64,000 bases of DNA from an uncultured Acidobacterium sp. (GTDB lineage Bacteria > Acidobacteriota > Vicinamibacteria > Vicinamibacterales > UBA2999): positions 10,933 through 74,932 of the forward strand of contig CAZVLS010000016.1 of the NCBI GenBank assembly GCA_964628295.1, written 5' to 3'. The notes beneath the pieces were generated by a model, which was not told where the DNA came from, ran no database searches, and worked only from the letters and a program-made list of their open reading frames with translations. Numbering within the stretch: the stretch's first letter is position 1; each line of letters starts with the position of its first letter. A program made the position numbers and the translations under genes. This document shows, in pieces, positions 50,332 to 63,287 of the stretch.

Positions 50332-53300
50332 TACACACCCGTGTTCTCGCCGGCGGCAACACGCCGTGGCGAATCGTCGGTCACGCCGCGCTCGGCACTG
50401 GCAAAACGAAGTTCAAATCGCGTGCCCTTGCCCGGCGTGCTGTCACACTGAATCGTGGCTTCGTGCTCACGCACGATGCCGTAGGTGATCGACAGGCCGA
50501 GGCCGGTGCCCTGGCCCATCGGTTTGGTCGTGAAGAACGGATCGTAGATTCGCGCCAGGTGCTCGGCTGGTATGCCGTTGCCGGTATCAGACACCTCGGC
50601 GACCACTTCCGTGCCGTCGAGCCTGGTCGCAATCGTCAGCCAGCCACCGCTCGCCATCGCGTCGCGCGCGTTGAGGAACAGGTTCAGGAACACCTGCTGC
50701 AGCTTGAACTCGAAGCCCACGATGTTCACCGGCTCCGGGTGCAGCTCGCGGCGAATCTTGACGCTGCCCTTCTCGAACTGGTGCTCGAGCAGCGACAACA
50801 CGTCGCCAATCACCTGGTTGACATCGACGATGGCGCGCTCGGATTGTTCCGCGGCGTTGGGCCGCGACAGGTTGAGGAGGCCGTTGACGATGCGCGCGGC
50901 CCGGAACGTCTGCTTCTCGATCTTCTCGAGCAGCGGTGTTCGCGGGTCCGACGGATCGGCGTTCTCGAGCAGCATCTGCGTGTAGCTGGAGATGCCGGTC
51001 AGCGGCGTGTTGACCTCGTGCGCCACGCCCGCGGCGAGCAGGCCGAGCGATGCCATCTTTTCCGAGATGCGCAGCTGCTCTTCCATCTGCGAGCGTTCGG
51101 TGATGTCTTCGAGAATCACGATCGTGGCGGCGGCAGGCGCCGACGGCGCCGACGCCATTGCCGCCATCGACTGCAGCGGCACGGTGGTGATGTTGACGAG
51201 CAGATCCTGTCCGTCGCGGTCGCCGCGGGCCCGCATCGGCACCCGGAACGCGGTGTAGCCGTTCGGATGGTCGCGGCGGATGCTCTGCAGTAACTCGACG
51301 ACGGCGGCGTCGAACATGCCGTCAACTCGACGGCCAACCGCTGCGGAACGGGCCAGGCCGTACAGCTTTTCGAGCGACGCGTTCCAGCGAATCACCTGGT
51401 CGTTTGGCCCGATGACCAGCAGGCCGTCATCCAACGACTCCAGGATGTTCTCGTTGAAGGCGTGGAGGCGATCGAGCTCGGACGCCTTGAGGTGCAACTG
51501 GCGATAGAGCCTGCCGTTCTCGATGGCGCTCGCCGCCTGCGCCGCAACCGCGGTGACCAGCGCGGTGTCTTCGGTGCTCAACGGCTCGCCGCTCGCGCGA
51601 CGGCCGAGCGCGAGGACGGCAATGGCCGCGTCCTTGGCGACGCACGGCACGAAATAGTAGATGCCGTTGTCGCGCCAGTACTCGATCTCTTCGGCGGTGA
51701 AGCGCGTGGCAGCCAGCGGATCGTCGAGCCGCACGGTGTTGCCGCTGTGCAGGCGCGAGCCAATGCCCGAGGCTCCCGACAGCTTCGGCGGCGCATTCTC
51801 GAAGCCTTCGTGACTCAACGACTCGAAGTCGCCCGCGTCGGTCGCGAGCAGGAACGACATGCGATCGAGCTCGATGGTTTCGCGAACGCGCGTCACCAGG
51901 CGATCCGACAGGCGATTGAGGTCGAGGTCGCTGTTCAGTTCGCGCGCGAAGCCGACCAGCGCGCGTCGATAGTCATAGCGATCACGATAGAAGGCGCGAT
52001 CGATCGCCTTCTGCAAGCCATCCTTCACCGGCTTGGCGAGCAGGATGACGACCACCGTGGCGAGGAACGCGATGATCCAGCGGTGATCGGTCTCGCCTTC
52101 GACACTGAGGTAACCGCCGGAAGCGCGAAGGATCAGCACATAGATCGCGACGATGGCGGCGACCGCGGATGTGTAGATCAGCAGGCGCTTGAGGATGATC
52201 TCGACGTCCATCAAGCGGTAGCGAATGATGGCCGACGCAAAGGCGAGCGGGATGAAGCCGAGCGGAATCGCGCTCAAGCCCATCGGGATCGACGGATCGG
52301 CGCCAAGCGCAAATGGGATTGCGTATCCGAGGGCGAACGGCAGCGCGCCGAGCGCCGTGCCCCACACGATCCAGCGCAACTGGCGCTTGACCGTGACCGA
52401 TCGCGCGCGTGACAGCGCGCGCAGCAGGATGGCCAGCCCCGCGGTGAAGTAGACCGCGAGGTAGATGTACTCGAGGCGATCGAGCAGCGAAATGACGCGA
52501 ACGAAATATTCTGGATCGAGTCCCGACCGCAGGACCGCGAGCGCGCGCGTTGAAGCGAGCACCGCACCGGGCAGATACAACGCGGGCAGCCAGCGCGCCA
52601 GCAGTGCCGAGTAACCCGGCATGTGCGGACGCTCTGGAAACACGAGGGCGAAGTGCAGGAACAGCGGCGGCAGCACCATCAGGGCCAGCGCGTCGCCCCA
52701 GTAGAAGACCCAGTCAACGCGATCGAGGCGGCCGCTGAACGAGAAGGTGAAGAGGCCGAAGAACGCGACCGACAGCCAGAAGAAGTGCAGCGTGGCCTGA
52801 TCGGTCGGACGCCGCGCCCGCACGGCGGCACCAACGAGCAGCGTGAAGATTCCGACCGCCGCGAGCACGTAATAGAACAGGCCCGCACCACTGGGCATCG
52901 GCGCAAGCGACACGTTGGCCAACTCGCGGGAACCCAGTCGCAGCAGCGTGTAGGTGTGACGATCGCCGGGGCGCGCGGCGTGTTGAATGGCCAGCACGTC
53001 GGCCCGGCCTTCAATCGGCTGGTTGTCGATCGCGATCAGGATGTCGCCGGTGCGAACCCCGGCGCGGCTCGCGGCGGACGGCGCGGAGATCTCGGCGGCC
53101 ACCACCCCGACGGCGCGCTCAACCCACAGCACCCCGTCTTCGACTTCCCAGGAGGTCGCACGCGACACGACGTTGGCCAGGCCGAGCGCCAACAGGCCGA
53201 GCGTCACCGCGACGGGCAGCGCAGTCTGCCTCCATTCGCGCCACCAGGAGTCCCGGGTGCTCGGGGACATTGGCGTCAGTGGGCCTGAGTCAGTTAACAA
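50331..53300 (-). CDS. Multi-domain sensor histidine kinase: N-terminal PDZ, polytopic membrane region, GAF, PAS, HisKA, HATPase
   Basis: 989 aa, TTG start. PDZ-like GVRTGDILIAIDNQPIEGRADV, about 9 TM segments, H-box GVAHEVNTPL, G-box GTGLGLSI. 1-nt TAATG overlap with the NtrC-type gene. Confidence 0.85.
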   Translation of the reverse strand: MLTDSGPLTPMSPSTRDSWWREWRQTALPVAVTLGLLALGLANVVSRATSWEVEDGVLWVERAVGVVAAEISAPSAASRAGVRTGDILIAIDNQPIEGRADVLAIQHAARPGDRHTYTLLRLGSRELANVSLAPMPSGAGLFYYVLAAVGIFTLLVGAAVRARRPTDQATLHFFWLSVAFFGLFTFSFSGRLDRVDWVFYWGDALALMVLPPLFLHFALVFPERPHMPGYSALLARWLPALYLPGAVLASTRALAVLRSGLDPEYFVRVISLLDRLEYIYLAVYFTAGLAILLRALSRARSVTVKRQLRWIVWGTALGALPFALGYAIPFALGADPSIPMGLSAIPLGFIPLAFASAIIRYRLMDVEIILKRLLIYTSAVAAIVAIYVLILRASGGYLSVEGETDHRWIIAFLATVVVILLAKPVKDGLQKAIDRAFYRDRYDYRRALVGFARELNSDLDLNRLSDRLVTRVRETIELDRMSFLLATDAGDFESLSHEGFENAPPKLSGASGIGSRLHSGNTVRLDDPLAATRFTAEEIEYWRDNGIYYFVPCVAKDAAIAVLALGRRASGEPLSTEDTALVTAVAAQAASAIENGRLYRQLHLKASELDRLHAFNENILESLDDGLLVIGPNDQVIRWNASLEKLYGLARSAAVGRRVDGMFDAAVVELLQSIRRDHPNGYTAFRVPMRARGDRDGQDLLVNITTVPLQSMAAMASAPSAPAAATIVILEDITERSQMEEQLRISEKMASLGLLAAGVAHEVNTPLTGISSYTQMLLENADPSDPRTPLLEKIEKQTFRAARIVNGLLNLSRPNAAEQSERAIVDVNQVIGDVLSLLEHQFEKGSVKIRRELHPEPVNIVGFEFKLQQVFLNLFLNARDAMASGGWLTIATRLDGTEVVAEVSDTGNGIPAEHLARIYDPFFTTKPMGQGTGLGLSITYGIVREHEATIQCDSTPGKGTRFELRFASAERGVTDDSPRRVAAGENTGV

Positions 53301-53508
53301 GGCAGATCGATCCGAGGGAAACAGAGCAAACGGTATACCGTCAGCCGTGCAGAGATGGCTGCCCTAAATACCTTTAAAATCAACAGCTTGAGTCTGAACA
53401 ACCGGCCTAAACGGGCCGCTGATCCAAAGATCGGACTGAACAGATCCAATTTCCAGTATGTGCCGCAAAGGCACAGATGGCAGCGAATATTTGCGCCTAG
53501 AGCGTGGG

Positions 53509-55398
53509 CTAGAACTTGACCGTCAAACCGCCGACCAGGCGCTTCGGCGGCCGAACCACGAGGAGCTCGTCGTAGACCGAGGTGTTGGTGAGCGATTCGT
53601 GGAACAGATTGCGGACCCCGACCAGCATCTCCCACTGGGAAGCCCGGAAGTTCATGAACGGGAGGGATTGGGTCACGCGCAGATCGAAGCGCGCGCCAAA
53701 CGCGGGGGCCTCGTCGGCGCGGGTCGACGTCGCAAACGCGCTGTTCAACTTGTAAAGCACCACCACCCGCGTGGCCGAGTACGGAATCTCCGTTTCGAGC
53801 GACGTGGTCACGTCGTGGATCCGTTCACGATTCGCGCGCACGGCCGACGGCACCCACTTGGTGAGGACGGCGAATTCAACCGGCGCCGCGCGATCGATCC
53901 AGTCGGCGGTCGACAGCGAGTAATCCACCGAGCCGCGAATGAAGTCGGCGAGTTCGTGCGTCAGCGACACGCCGAATCCGCGCACGACCGCATCACCGAC
54001 GGCGCCGACGTAGTAGTGGCCGGTCGCCGACGGATTGCTGTCGAAGCGGCGCAGGCCGAACACCGTGACGGTTTGATCGTTGATGCGCTGCTCGAATCCG
54101 CGCACGCCGAGCGTGGCGCCGTTCATCACGCGCTGCACGCCGACTTCGTAATTCAACGTCGACTGCGGACGGAGCGACGCCTTGGAGAGTGGCGAGAAGG
54201 TGCGCTGCGGCGGCAGGTATGCGGCCGTGGCCGGGGGAATGAATTCCTCGGCGCCCGGGGCGCTTGCTTCGCGCGACGCGGACACGCGGAGGTTCCAGTC
54301 CTTCGAGGGCGAAATCGTCGCCGCCAGTCTCGGACTGAGCATAGTGGCGCTGTCGAGATAGTCGTAGCGGGCGTAGTGGGCGCCGATATCGACCGCCACA
54401 TAACGCGAGATGCGCCATTCGTCGTAGGCAAACACCGAGCCCACGTTGCGCGCGGTGTCGGTCACCGAACTGAGGGCTGCCGTGTTGCCGCCTTCGTAGC
54501 GCTGGAGGCTGTACGACATGCCGAACTGGTAGCGATGCGGGACCTGCGCCTTGACGACGTAATTGCCGGCCAGCATCCAGGAGCTCAGGTCGCTGTTGTT
54601 CAATGCGGCGCGAACGTTCCAGTCGCCGTGCGAACCGACCGGCGCGCCGACCGAGAAGAAGGCGACGCTGTTGGTGCGGTCCATCTGCAGCAACTGCATC
54701 GGGCTATCGAAGGCGCCGGTGGTGAGCAGATTGACCTGGCCACCAAGCGAGAGATCGCTGAACAATGCGGTCGCAGCACGCGCCGACGTGCCCACGGCAC
54801 TACCCACGGCGCGACCGATGAACTGGAATGAATCCGTGATGAACCAGTCGTCATCCTTCGGGATGCCGGCGAGCGTTTGCGTGTCACGCAATACGCCGCG
54901 CTTCAGGTGACGGAGGCGCCACGCCAGTTCGCTCTCATTGCGTTCGTTCCCCGAGGTCGATACCGGAGCGGGCGCGGCGCCTGCTGCGGCGACGGCGGCT
55001 TCGGTGATACGCGGCGCGTTGGCGCTGCCCTCCCGCCGCAACGTGAACGACGAAGCGCTCCGCGTTGACGGCCGCACGTTCACCATCGCGCTGCGGGCCG
55101 CGAGGAAGCCGGCGAGGTGCACGCGAACCAGGTACGGACCCGGCGGAAGTTGCTTCAAGGAATAGGCGCCGGTCTTGTCCGACACGGCGAATGCGGTGGC
55201 CCCACCAAGGGCCGACACCACCGCGCCATCAAGCGGCTTGCCGAGCTCGTCCGTGACGCGGCCTTCAATTAGGCCGGTCTCGGCAGCGGCGACTTTCGTG
55301 ACGGGTTCGAACTTGAGGCCTTGCGCGTGAACAGAGGTCGAGTGCAATGCCAGGAGGCACAGCGCGACTGGGGCGAGCAGGCGACTGGGGGTCAGCAT
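53509..55398 (-). CDS. Outer-membrane beta-barrel protein with an N-terminal CarboxypepD_reg-like domain (TonB-dependent-receptor-like)
   Basis: 629 aa with a signal peptide. GRVTDELGKPLDGAVVSALG carboxypeptidase-regulatory-like fold. Alternating beta-strand pattern and C-terminal ...GGLTVKF. Confidence 0.7.
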   Translation of the reverse strand: MLTPSRLLAPVALCLLALHSTSVHAQGLKFEPVTKVAAAETGLIEGRVTDELGKPLDGAVVSALGGATAFAVSDKTGAYSLKQLPPGPYLVRVHLAGFLAARSAMVNVRPSTRSASSFTLRREGSANAPRITEAAVAAAGAAPAPVSTSGNERNESELAWRLRHLKRGVLRDTQTLAGIPKDDDWFITDSFQFIGRAVGSAVGTSARAATALFSDLSLGGQVNLLTTGAFDSPMQLLQMDRTNSVAFFSVGAPVGSHGDWNVRAALNNSDLSSWMLAGNYVVKAQVPHRYQFGMSYSLQRYEGGNTAALSSVTDTARNVGSVFAYDEWRISRYVAVDIGAHYARYDYLDSATMLSPRLAATISPSKDWNLRVSASREASAPGAEEFIPPATAAYLPPQRTFSPLSKASLRPQSTLNYEVGVQRVMNGATLGVRGFEQRINDQTVTVFGLRRFDSNPSATGHYYVGAVGDAVVRGFGVSLTHELADFIRGSVDYSLSTADWIDRAAPVEFAVLTKWVPSAVRANRERIHDVTTSLETEIPYSATRVVVLYKLNSAFATSTRADEAPAFGARFDLRVTQSLPFMNFRASQWEMLVGVRNLFHESLTNTSVYDELLVVRPPKRLVGGLTVKF

Positions 55399-55448
55399 GT
55401 AGCTTGCCGCGCTTCCGGCGCGGCGGGCTTCCTTACTGCTTTAGACGC

Positions 55449-55472
55449 CGCCTACCCCAAGAGGGGTAGGCG
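55449..55472 (-). terminator. Perfect 10-bp hairpin cgcctacccc / ggggtaggcg (4-nt loop) downstream of the gene at 55564
   Basis: Inverted repeat read directly. No U-run follows. Confidence 0.35.
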
Positions 55473-55563
55473 CGTCGGACTCAGTCTACGCCTGTAACGG
55501 GACGCTGTCTAACGGCCGGATGGGCTGGCCGCCGCCCCCGCCTTCTGGGGGCTCCGGCCGGGC

Positions 55564-56580
55564 TTAGCCCTTGACCGTGAACTTGATGTCCTGTGACAGA
55601 ACCTTGTTGTTGTTCGCCTTGTCCGTGATCTTCACGTTGAGGCGATAGCTGCCCTCGCCGAATGACGCCAGCGGAACCTCGATGCCACCGGGCACGGGGA
55701 ACTTCGCGGGGTCGAACTGCGGCGGCAGGTTGGCGGCGCTGACGTTCTGCGGGCTCGTCTTGTTGAAGAACTTCTCGCCCGTGCCTTCGGCCTTGTGGAA
55801 TTCGTATTCGAGCGCCAGGTTCGGCTTGCCGGTCGAATCGAGACCCGCGTTGTAGACCTGGAAGAAGATCGACAGTGCTTCGCTCTTCTTGAACTCCATG
55901 TCGCCGGCGGGAACCATTTCCTGCATGCCGAACGCGAACGGACGCTCGCGCGCTTCGTCAGCGGTGGGCGGCGCGGTCAGCATGTTGACCTTGTCGGCGA
56001 CGAGGATCGTGCTGGTCGCGAGTTCACCGTTGTAGAAGTCCGGCACGGTGACCGACGTCTTCAGCACACCGATCTTCGCCACGCTGTTCTTCGGCGCCTT
56101 CTCGGCCAGGCGTTCCTTGAAGCCGATGTAGACGTCATACGTGCCGGCCGGGGCCATGAACACGCGATTGAGCTTCACGGCGTCGCCGGCAAGCTGCGCG
56201 GCGGGCACGAAGTGCACGTCATCCCACGGGTACTCGACCTTCTTCGCCTTCGGATCCGGCTTCGCGGCCGGATTGACGACGCGCACGTAGAGCACGCTGT
56301 CGGTCTTCGGGGCGTTGTTGACGCTCAGCACGAACGGGACGAAAGTGCGCTGATCCTGCGACTTCATGAAGAAGGGATCCAGCGTCATGGTGATGTCGGT
56401 CGGCGCCGGCTGTCCGGCCATGATGCCGTCGACGAGCTTCACCATCTGCTCGATTTCCTGCTGTTCCTGCTTGTTCCGCTTCTTGTTGTCCGGTTTCGGT
56501 GCCGTCTGCGCTGCCGCGAACGTTGCCGAGAACATCAGCGCGACCACCAGGGCCACTGCACGCCGAATTGCCATCATCAA
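55564..56580 (-). CDS. Hypothetical secreted beta-rich protein
   Basis: 338 aa with a signal peptide (AVALVVALMFSATFAAAQ) and a Lys/Gln-rich segment. No motif recognised. Confidence 0.5.
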   Translation of the reverse strand: MMMAIRRAVALVVALMFSATFAAAQTAPKPDNKKRNKQEQQEIEQMVKLVDGIMAGQPAPTDITMTLDPFFMKSQDQRTFVPFVLSVNNAPKTDSVLYVRVVNPAAKPDPKAKKVEYPWDDVHFVPAAQLAGDAVKLNRVFMAPAGTYDVYIGFKERLAEKAPKNSVAKIGVLKTSVTVPDFYNGELATSTILVADKVNMLTAPPTADEARERPFAFGMQEMVPAGDMEFKKSEALSIFFQVYNAGLDSTGKPNLALEYEFHKAEGTGEKFFNKTSPQNVSAANLPPQFDPAKFPVPGGIEVPLASFGEGSYRLNVKITDKANNNKVLSQDIKFTVKG

Positions 56581-56787
56581 ACTCCCCTTAAACCTCTGTT
56601 AGTTGCCAGCTGTCAGCAATCGGCCGTCAGCCTTGATCCAATGGATCATAGGGGTCGGACCGAGGGCAAGTCAATCGGTCTAAATAGTTGCAACGGCAGA
56701 GGCTTAGCCTCATCCGGAGCGTTACATGTGGTGATATCTTTCATCTGAGCTTTCGGTGGCATCTGCGGCTATAACTTCAGGAAGCGC

Positions 56788-59380
<2,593 letters not shown>

Positions 59381-59381
59381 C

Positions 59382-59414
59382 GGGCTCAGGGACTCAGGGG
59401 CTTGAGGGCTTAGC
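59382..59414. repeat. Degenerate GGG-initiated tandem units (gggctca gggactca ggggcttga gggcttagc) filling the eno-gpmA spacer
   Basis: Read directly. Shares TCAGGGACT with the array at 14551. Confidence 0.7.
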
Positions 59415-59420
59415 AAAGAC

Positions 59421-60167
59421 ATGTACAAAGTCGTCCTGCTGCGTCACGGCGAATCGACCTGGAACAAAGAGAATCGTTTCACCGGGTGGACGGACGTCAG
59501 TCTCAGCGACAAGGGCCGGGAGGAAGCGCGCGCGGCAGGGCGGCTGCTGAAGGCCGAAGGCTTCAGCTTCGACTTCGTCTACACCTCGCTGTTGAAGCGC
59601 GCGATCTGGACCAGCATCCTCGCGCTCGATGAACTCGATCAGCTCTGGTTACCCGTGGAACGCAGCTGGCGCCTGAACGAACGCCACTATGGCGCGCTGC
59701 AAGGCTTGAACAAGGCAGAGACCGCCGCGAAGCACGGCGACGACCAGGTCAAGATCTGGCGCCGCGCGTTTGCGATCGCGCCGCCACCGCTCGCTGTCGA
59801 TGATGAGCGGCATCCGGCAAGGGATCCGCGATACGCAGGCCTGCCTGCCAACGACCTGCCACTGACCGAATCACTCAAGGACACCATCGCGCGCTTCCTG
59901 CCCTACTGGCACGAATCGATCGCGCCGCGCATCCGATCGGGATCGCGCGTGATGATCGCCGCGCACGGCAACTCGCTGCGAGCGCTTGTGAAGTTCCTGG
60001 ATGGCGTCTCAGACGATGCGATCGTGGAGTTGAACATCCCGACCGGCATTCCACTGGTCTACGAACTCGACGCAGACCTCAAGCCGATCAAGAGCTACTA
60101 CCTGGGCGATCCCGAGGCCGCGAAGACGGCCGCGGCCGCCGTTGCCAAACAGGGCAAGAGCGGGTAG
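59421..60167 (+). CDS. gpmA: 2,3-bisphosphoglycerate-dependent phosphoglycerate mutase
   Basis: 248 aa. [18 protein letters not shown] (RHGE catalytic motif) and [10 protein letters not shown]. Confidence 0.95.
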   Translation: MYKVVLLRHGESTWNKENRFTGWTDVSLSDKGREEARAAGRLLKAEGFSFDFVYTSLLKRAIWTSILALDELDQLWLPVERSWRLNERHYGALQGLNKAETAAKHGDDQVKIWRRAFAIAPPPLAVDDERHPARDPRYAGLPANDLPLTESLKDTIARFLPYWHESIAPRIRSGSRVMIAAHGNSLRALVKFLDGVSDDAIVELNIPTGIPLVYELDADLKPIKSYYLGDPEAAKTAAAAVAKQGKSG

Positions 60168-60251
60168 TCCGACAGGTCCTGCTCAACCGTAGTCCGGCCC
60201 TCTGTCATCCGCCCAAGTTACAGAAAAAGCACAACTTATAGCGTTCGGGCC

Positions 60252-60280
60252 TTGACACAACCCCAAGGACTTCCTAGAAT
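60252..60280 (+). promoter_or_regulatory. Near-consensus sigma-70-type promoter TTGACA-17 nt-TAGAAT
   Basis: ttgaca (60252-60257), 17-nt spacer, tagaat (60275-60280). It would yield a ~210-nt leader before the ATG at 60498. Confidence 0.4.
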
Positions 60281-60497
60281 GGCGGCGATTTTCCCAAAAG
60301 ATTCGCCCGCCTGATGACGATTCGCGCCGATGTGCTGCCAACCGCCCGGGGGGTGCTGCATCGGCCGCTGCCGAGGGTCCCAGCCGCTTGGCGCAAATTG
60401 CCCCGCCGGAGCGGAGCAACTAGCTATTCGGGCACCTGCGAAGTGTGCCCATTCCTGTGCGCACCAGCGCGCGGGAACAAACGGAGGGAGCCGTCCT

Positions 60498-60815
60498 ATG
60501 GATGACGTCGTAAACCGGTTCGCCCGCGAGCTGGCCGACTCCATTGCCGCAGCCGTATCGGAGAGCGCGGAAGTCGAGGCGTGCCGCGAGCGAGCACGCG
60601 CCGCCGGCTACGAGATGAAAGTGAACCTCGAGGCCGTGGTCGGTTTCGTCAACCGCGGACAGCCCCAGGGCGAGAACGCGGAGACCGCCAAGGCCGCCGT
60701 GTCGAAGGCCCTTGTGCCTCGCAAGCCGTTCGAGATGACCGTTAACGATCGGCGCTTCCTCCGGTCGCTGCGCATCGCGGCCGAAGAAGCCAAAGTCGAA
60801 GAAAGTAGCCAGTAA
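60498..60815 (+). CDS. Hypothetical small protein (105 aa)
   Basis: ATG at 60498 is preceded by ggaggga (60484-60490). MDDVVNRFARELADSIAAAV... The track ORF start 60330 adds an implausible Cys/Pro/Gly-rich extension. Confidence 0.45.
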   Translation: MDDVVNRFARELADSIAAAVSESAEVEACRERARAAGYEMKVNLEAVVGFVNRGQPQGENAETAKAAVSKALVPRKPFEMTVNDRRFLRSLRIAAEEAKVEESSQ

Positions 60816-60880
60816 CCGGCAGCCGGTAGCCAGAAAAACCGGTGGCCTTTCTGGCTACCGGCTACTGGCTGCTGGCTACT
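60804..60880. repeat. Long imperfect hairpin built from opposed heptamer arrays (gtagcca-gtaaccg-gcagccg-gtagcca ... gctaccg-gctactg-gctgctg-gctacta)
   Basis: Perfect 14-bp inner stem ccggtagccagaaa (60823-60836) / tttctggctaccgg (60848-60861). Outer 9-bp stem agtagccag / ctggctact. It starts within the last codons of the upstream ORF. Confidence 0.75.
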
Positions 60881-60891
60881 AAAATCGACCC

Positions 60892-62438
<1,547 letters not shown>

Positions 62439-62442
<4 letters not shown>

Positions 62443-63287
62443 CGGGGCACGGGGAGCGCGGAGCGGGGGGCGACACGCTGCTGAGCGTGCGAAACCTGCG
62501 CACGACGTTCGGGCCGCTGGTTGCCGTCAACGACGTGTCGTTCGAGATCCGCAAGGGCGAGACGCTCGGGCTGGTCGGCGAATCGGGCAGCGGCAAGTCG
62601 GTCACGGCATTCTCGATCATTCGCCTGGTGCAGGAGCCCGGCGAGGTGGTCGGCGGCAGCGTGCACTTCCAGGGGAAGGAGCTCCTGTCGCTTCCGGAAG
62701 ACGAGATGCGCAGGGTGCGCGGCGCCGGCATCGGCTTCGTGTTCCAGGAGCCCATGGCGGCGCTGAATCCGGTGATGCGTATTGGCGCTCACATCGCGGA
62801 AGCACTGACGGTGCATGGCCTGGCGTCCCGGGCCGACGCGCGCACGCGCGCCATCGAGCTGCTGCGCGCGGTTCGCATTGTCGATCCCGAGAAGCGCGTT
62901 GATGACTACCCGCACCAATTGTCCGGCGGCATGCGGCAACGCGTCATGCTGGCGATCGCGCTGGCGTGCAAGCCGCCGCTGGTGATTGCCGACGAACCCA
63001 CGACCGCGCTCGACGTGACGGTGCAGGCGCAAGTCCTGGAGCTGCTGCGCGACATGAAGCGCCAGTTCGACCTGTCGTTGCTGCTCATCACGCACGACTT
63101 CGGCGTGATCGCGGAGATGGCCGATCGCGTCGCCGTGATGTATCGCGGCAGGATCGTCGAAGAAGCGCCGGTGCGCGACATCTTCAGAAACCCGCAACAT
63201 CCGTACACCAAGGGGCTCCTCGCATCGATTCCGGGAGGTGAACCCGGCACGCGTCTCAAGGGTGTGACCGCGGAGGCCAATTGGTAG
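62439..63287 (+). CDS. Oligopeptide/dipeptide ABC transporter ATP-binding protein (OppD/DppD-like)
   Basis: Walker A GESGSGKS, signature LSGGMRQRV, Walker [16 protein letters not shown] start overlaps the upstream stop. Confidence 0.9.

Noticed and set aside
53349-53494. Sigma-54 promoter candidates near the PDZ-kinase/NtrC operon: minus-strand GGCAGCCATCTCTGC at 53349-53363 and plus-strand TGGCAGCGAATATTTGC at 53478-53494
   Set aside because: The GG-to-GC spacing is N11 and N12 respectively, instead of the strict N10. The plus-strand candidate also points into the antisense of the neighbouring gene.
60280-60497. Cobalamin riboswitch upstream of the B12-dependent mutase
   Set aside because: I could not find the conserved cobalamin-riboswitch core elements (the AGGGAA...GGTGAAAATCC-type segment and the B12 box GCCACTG) in either orientation. 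Only generic GC-rich hairpins are present.
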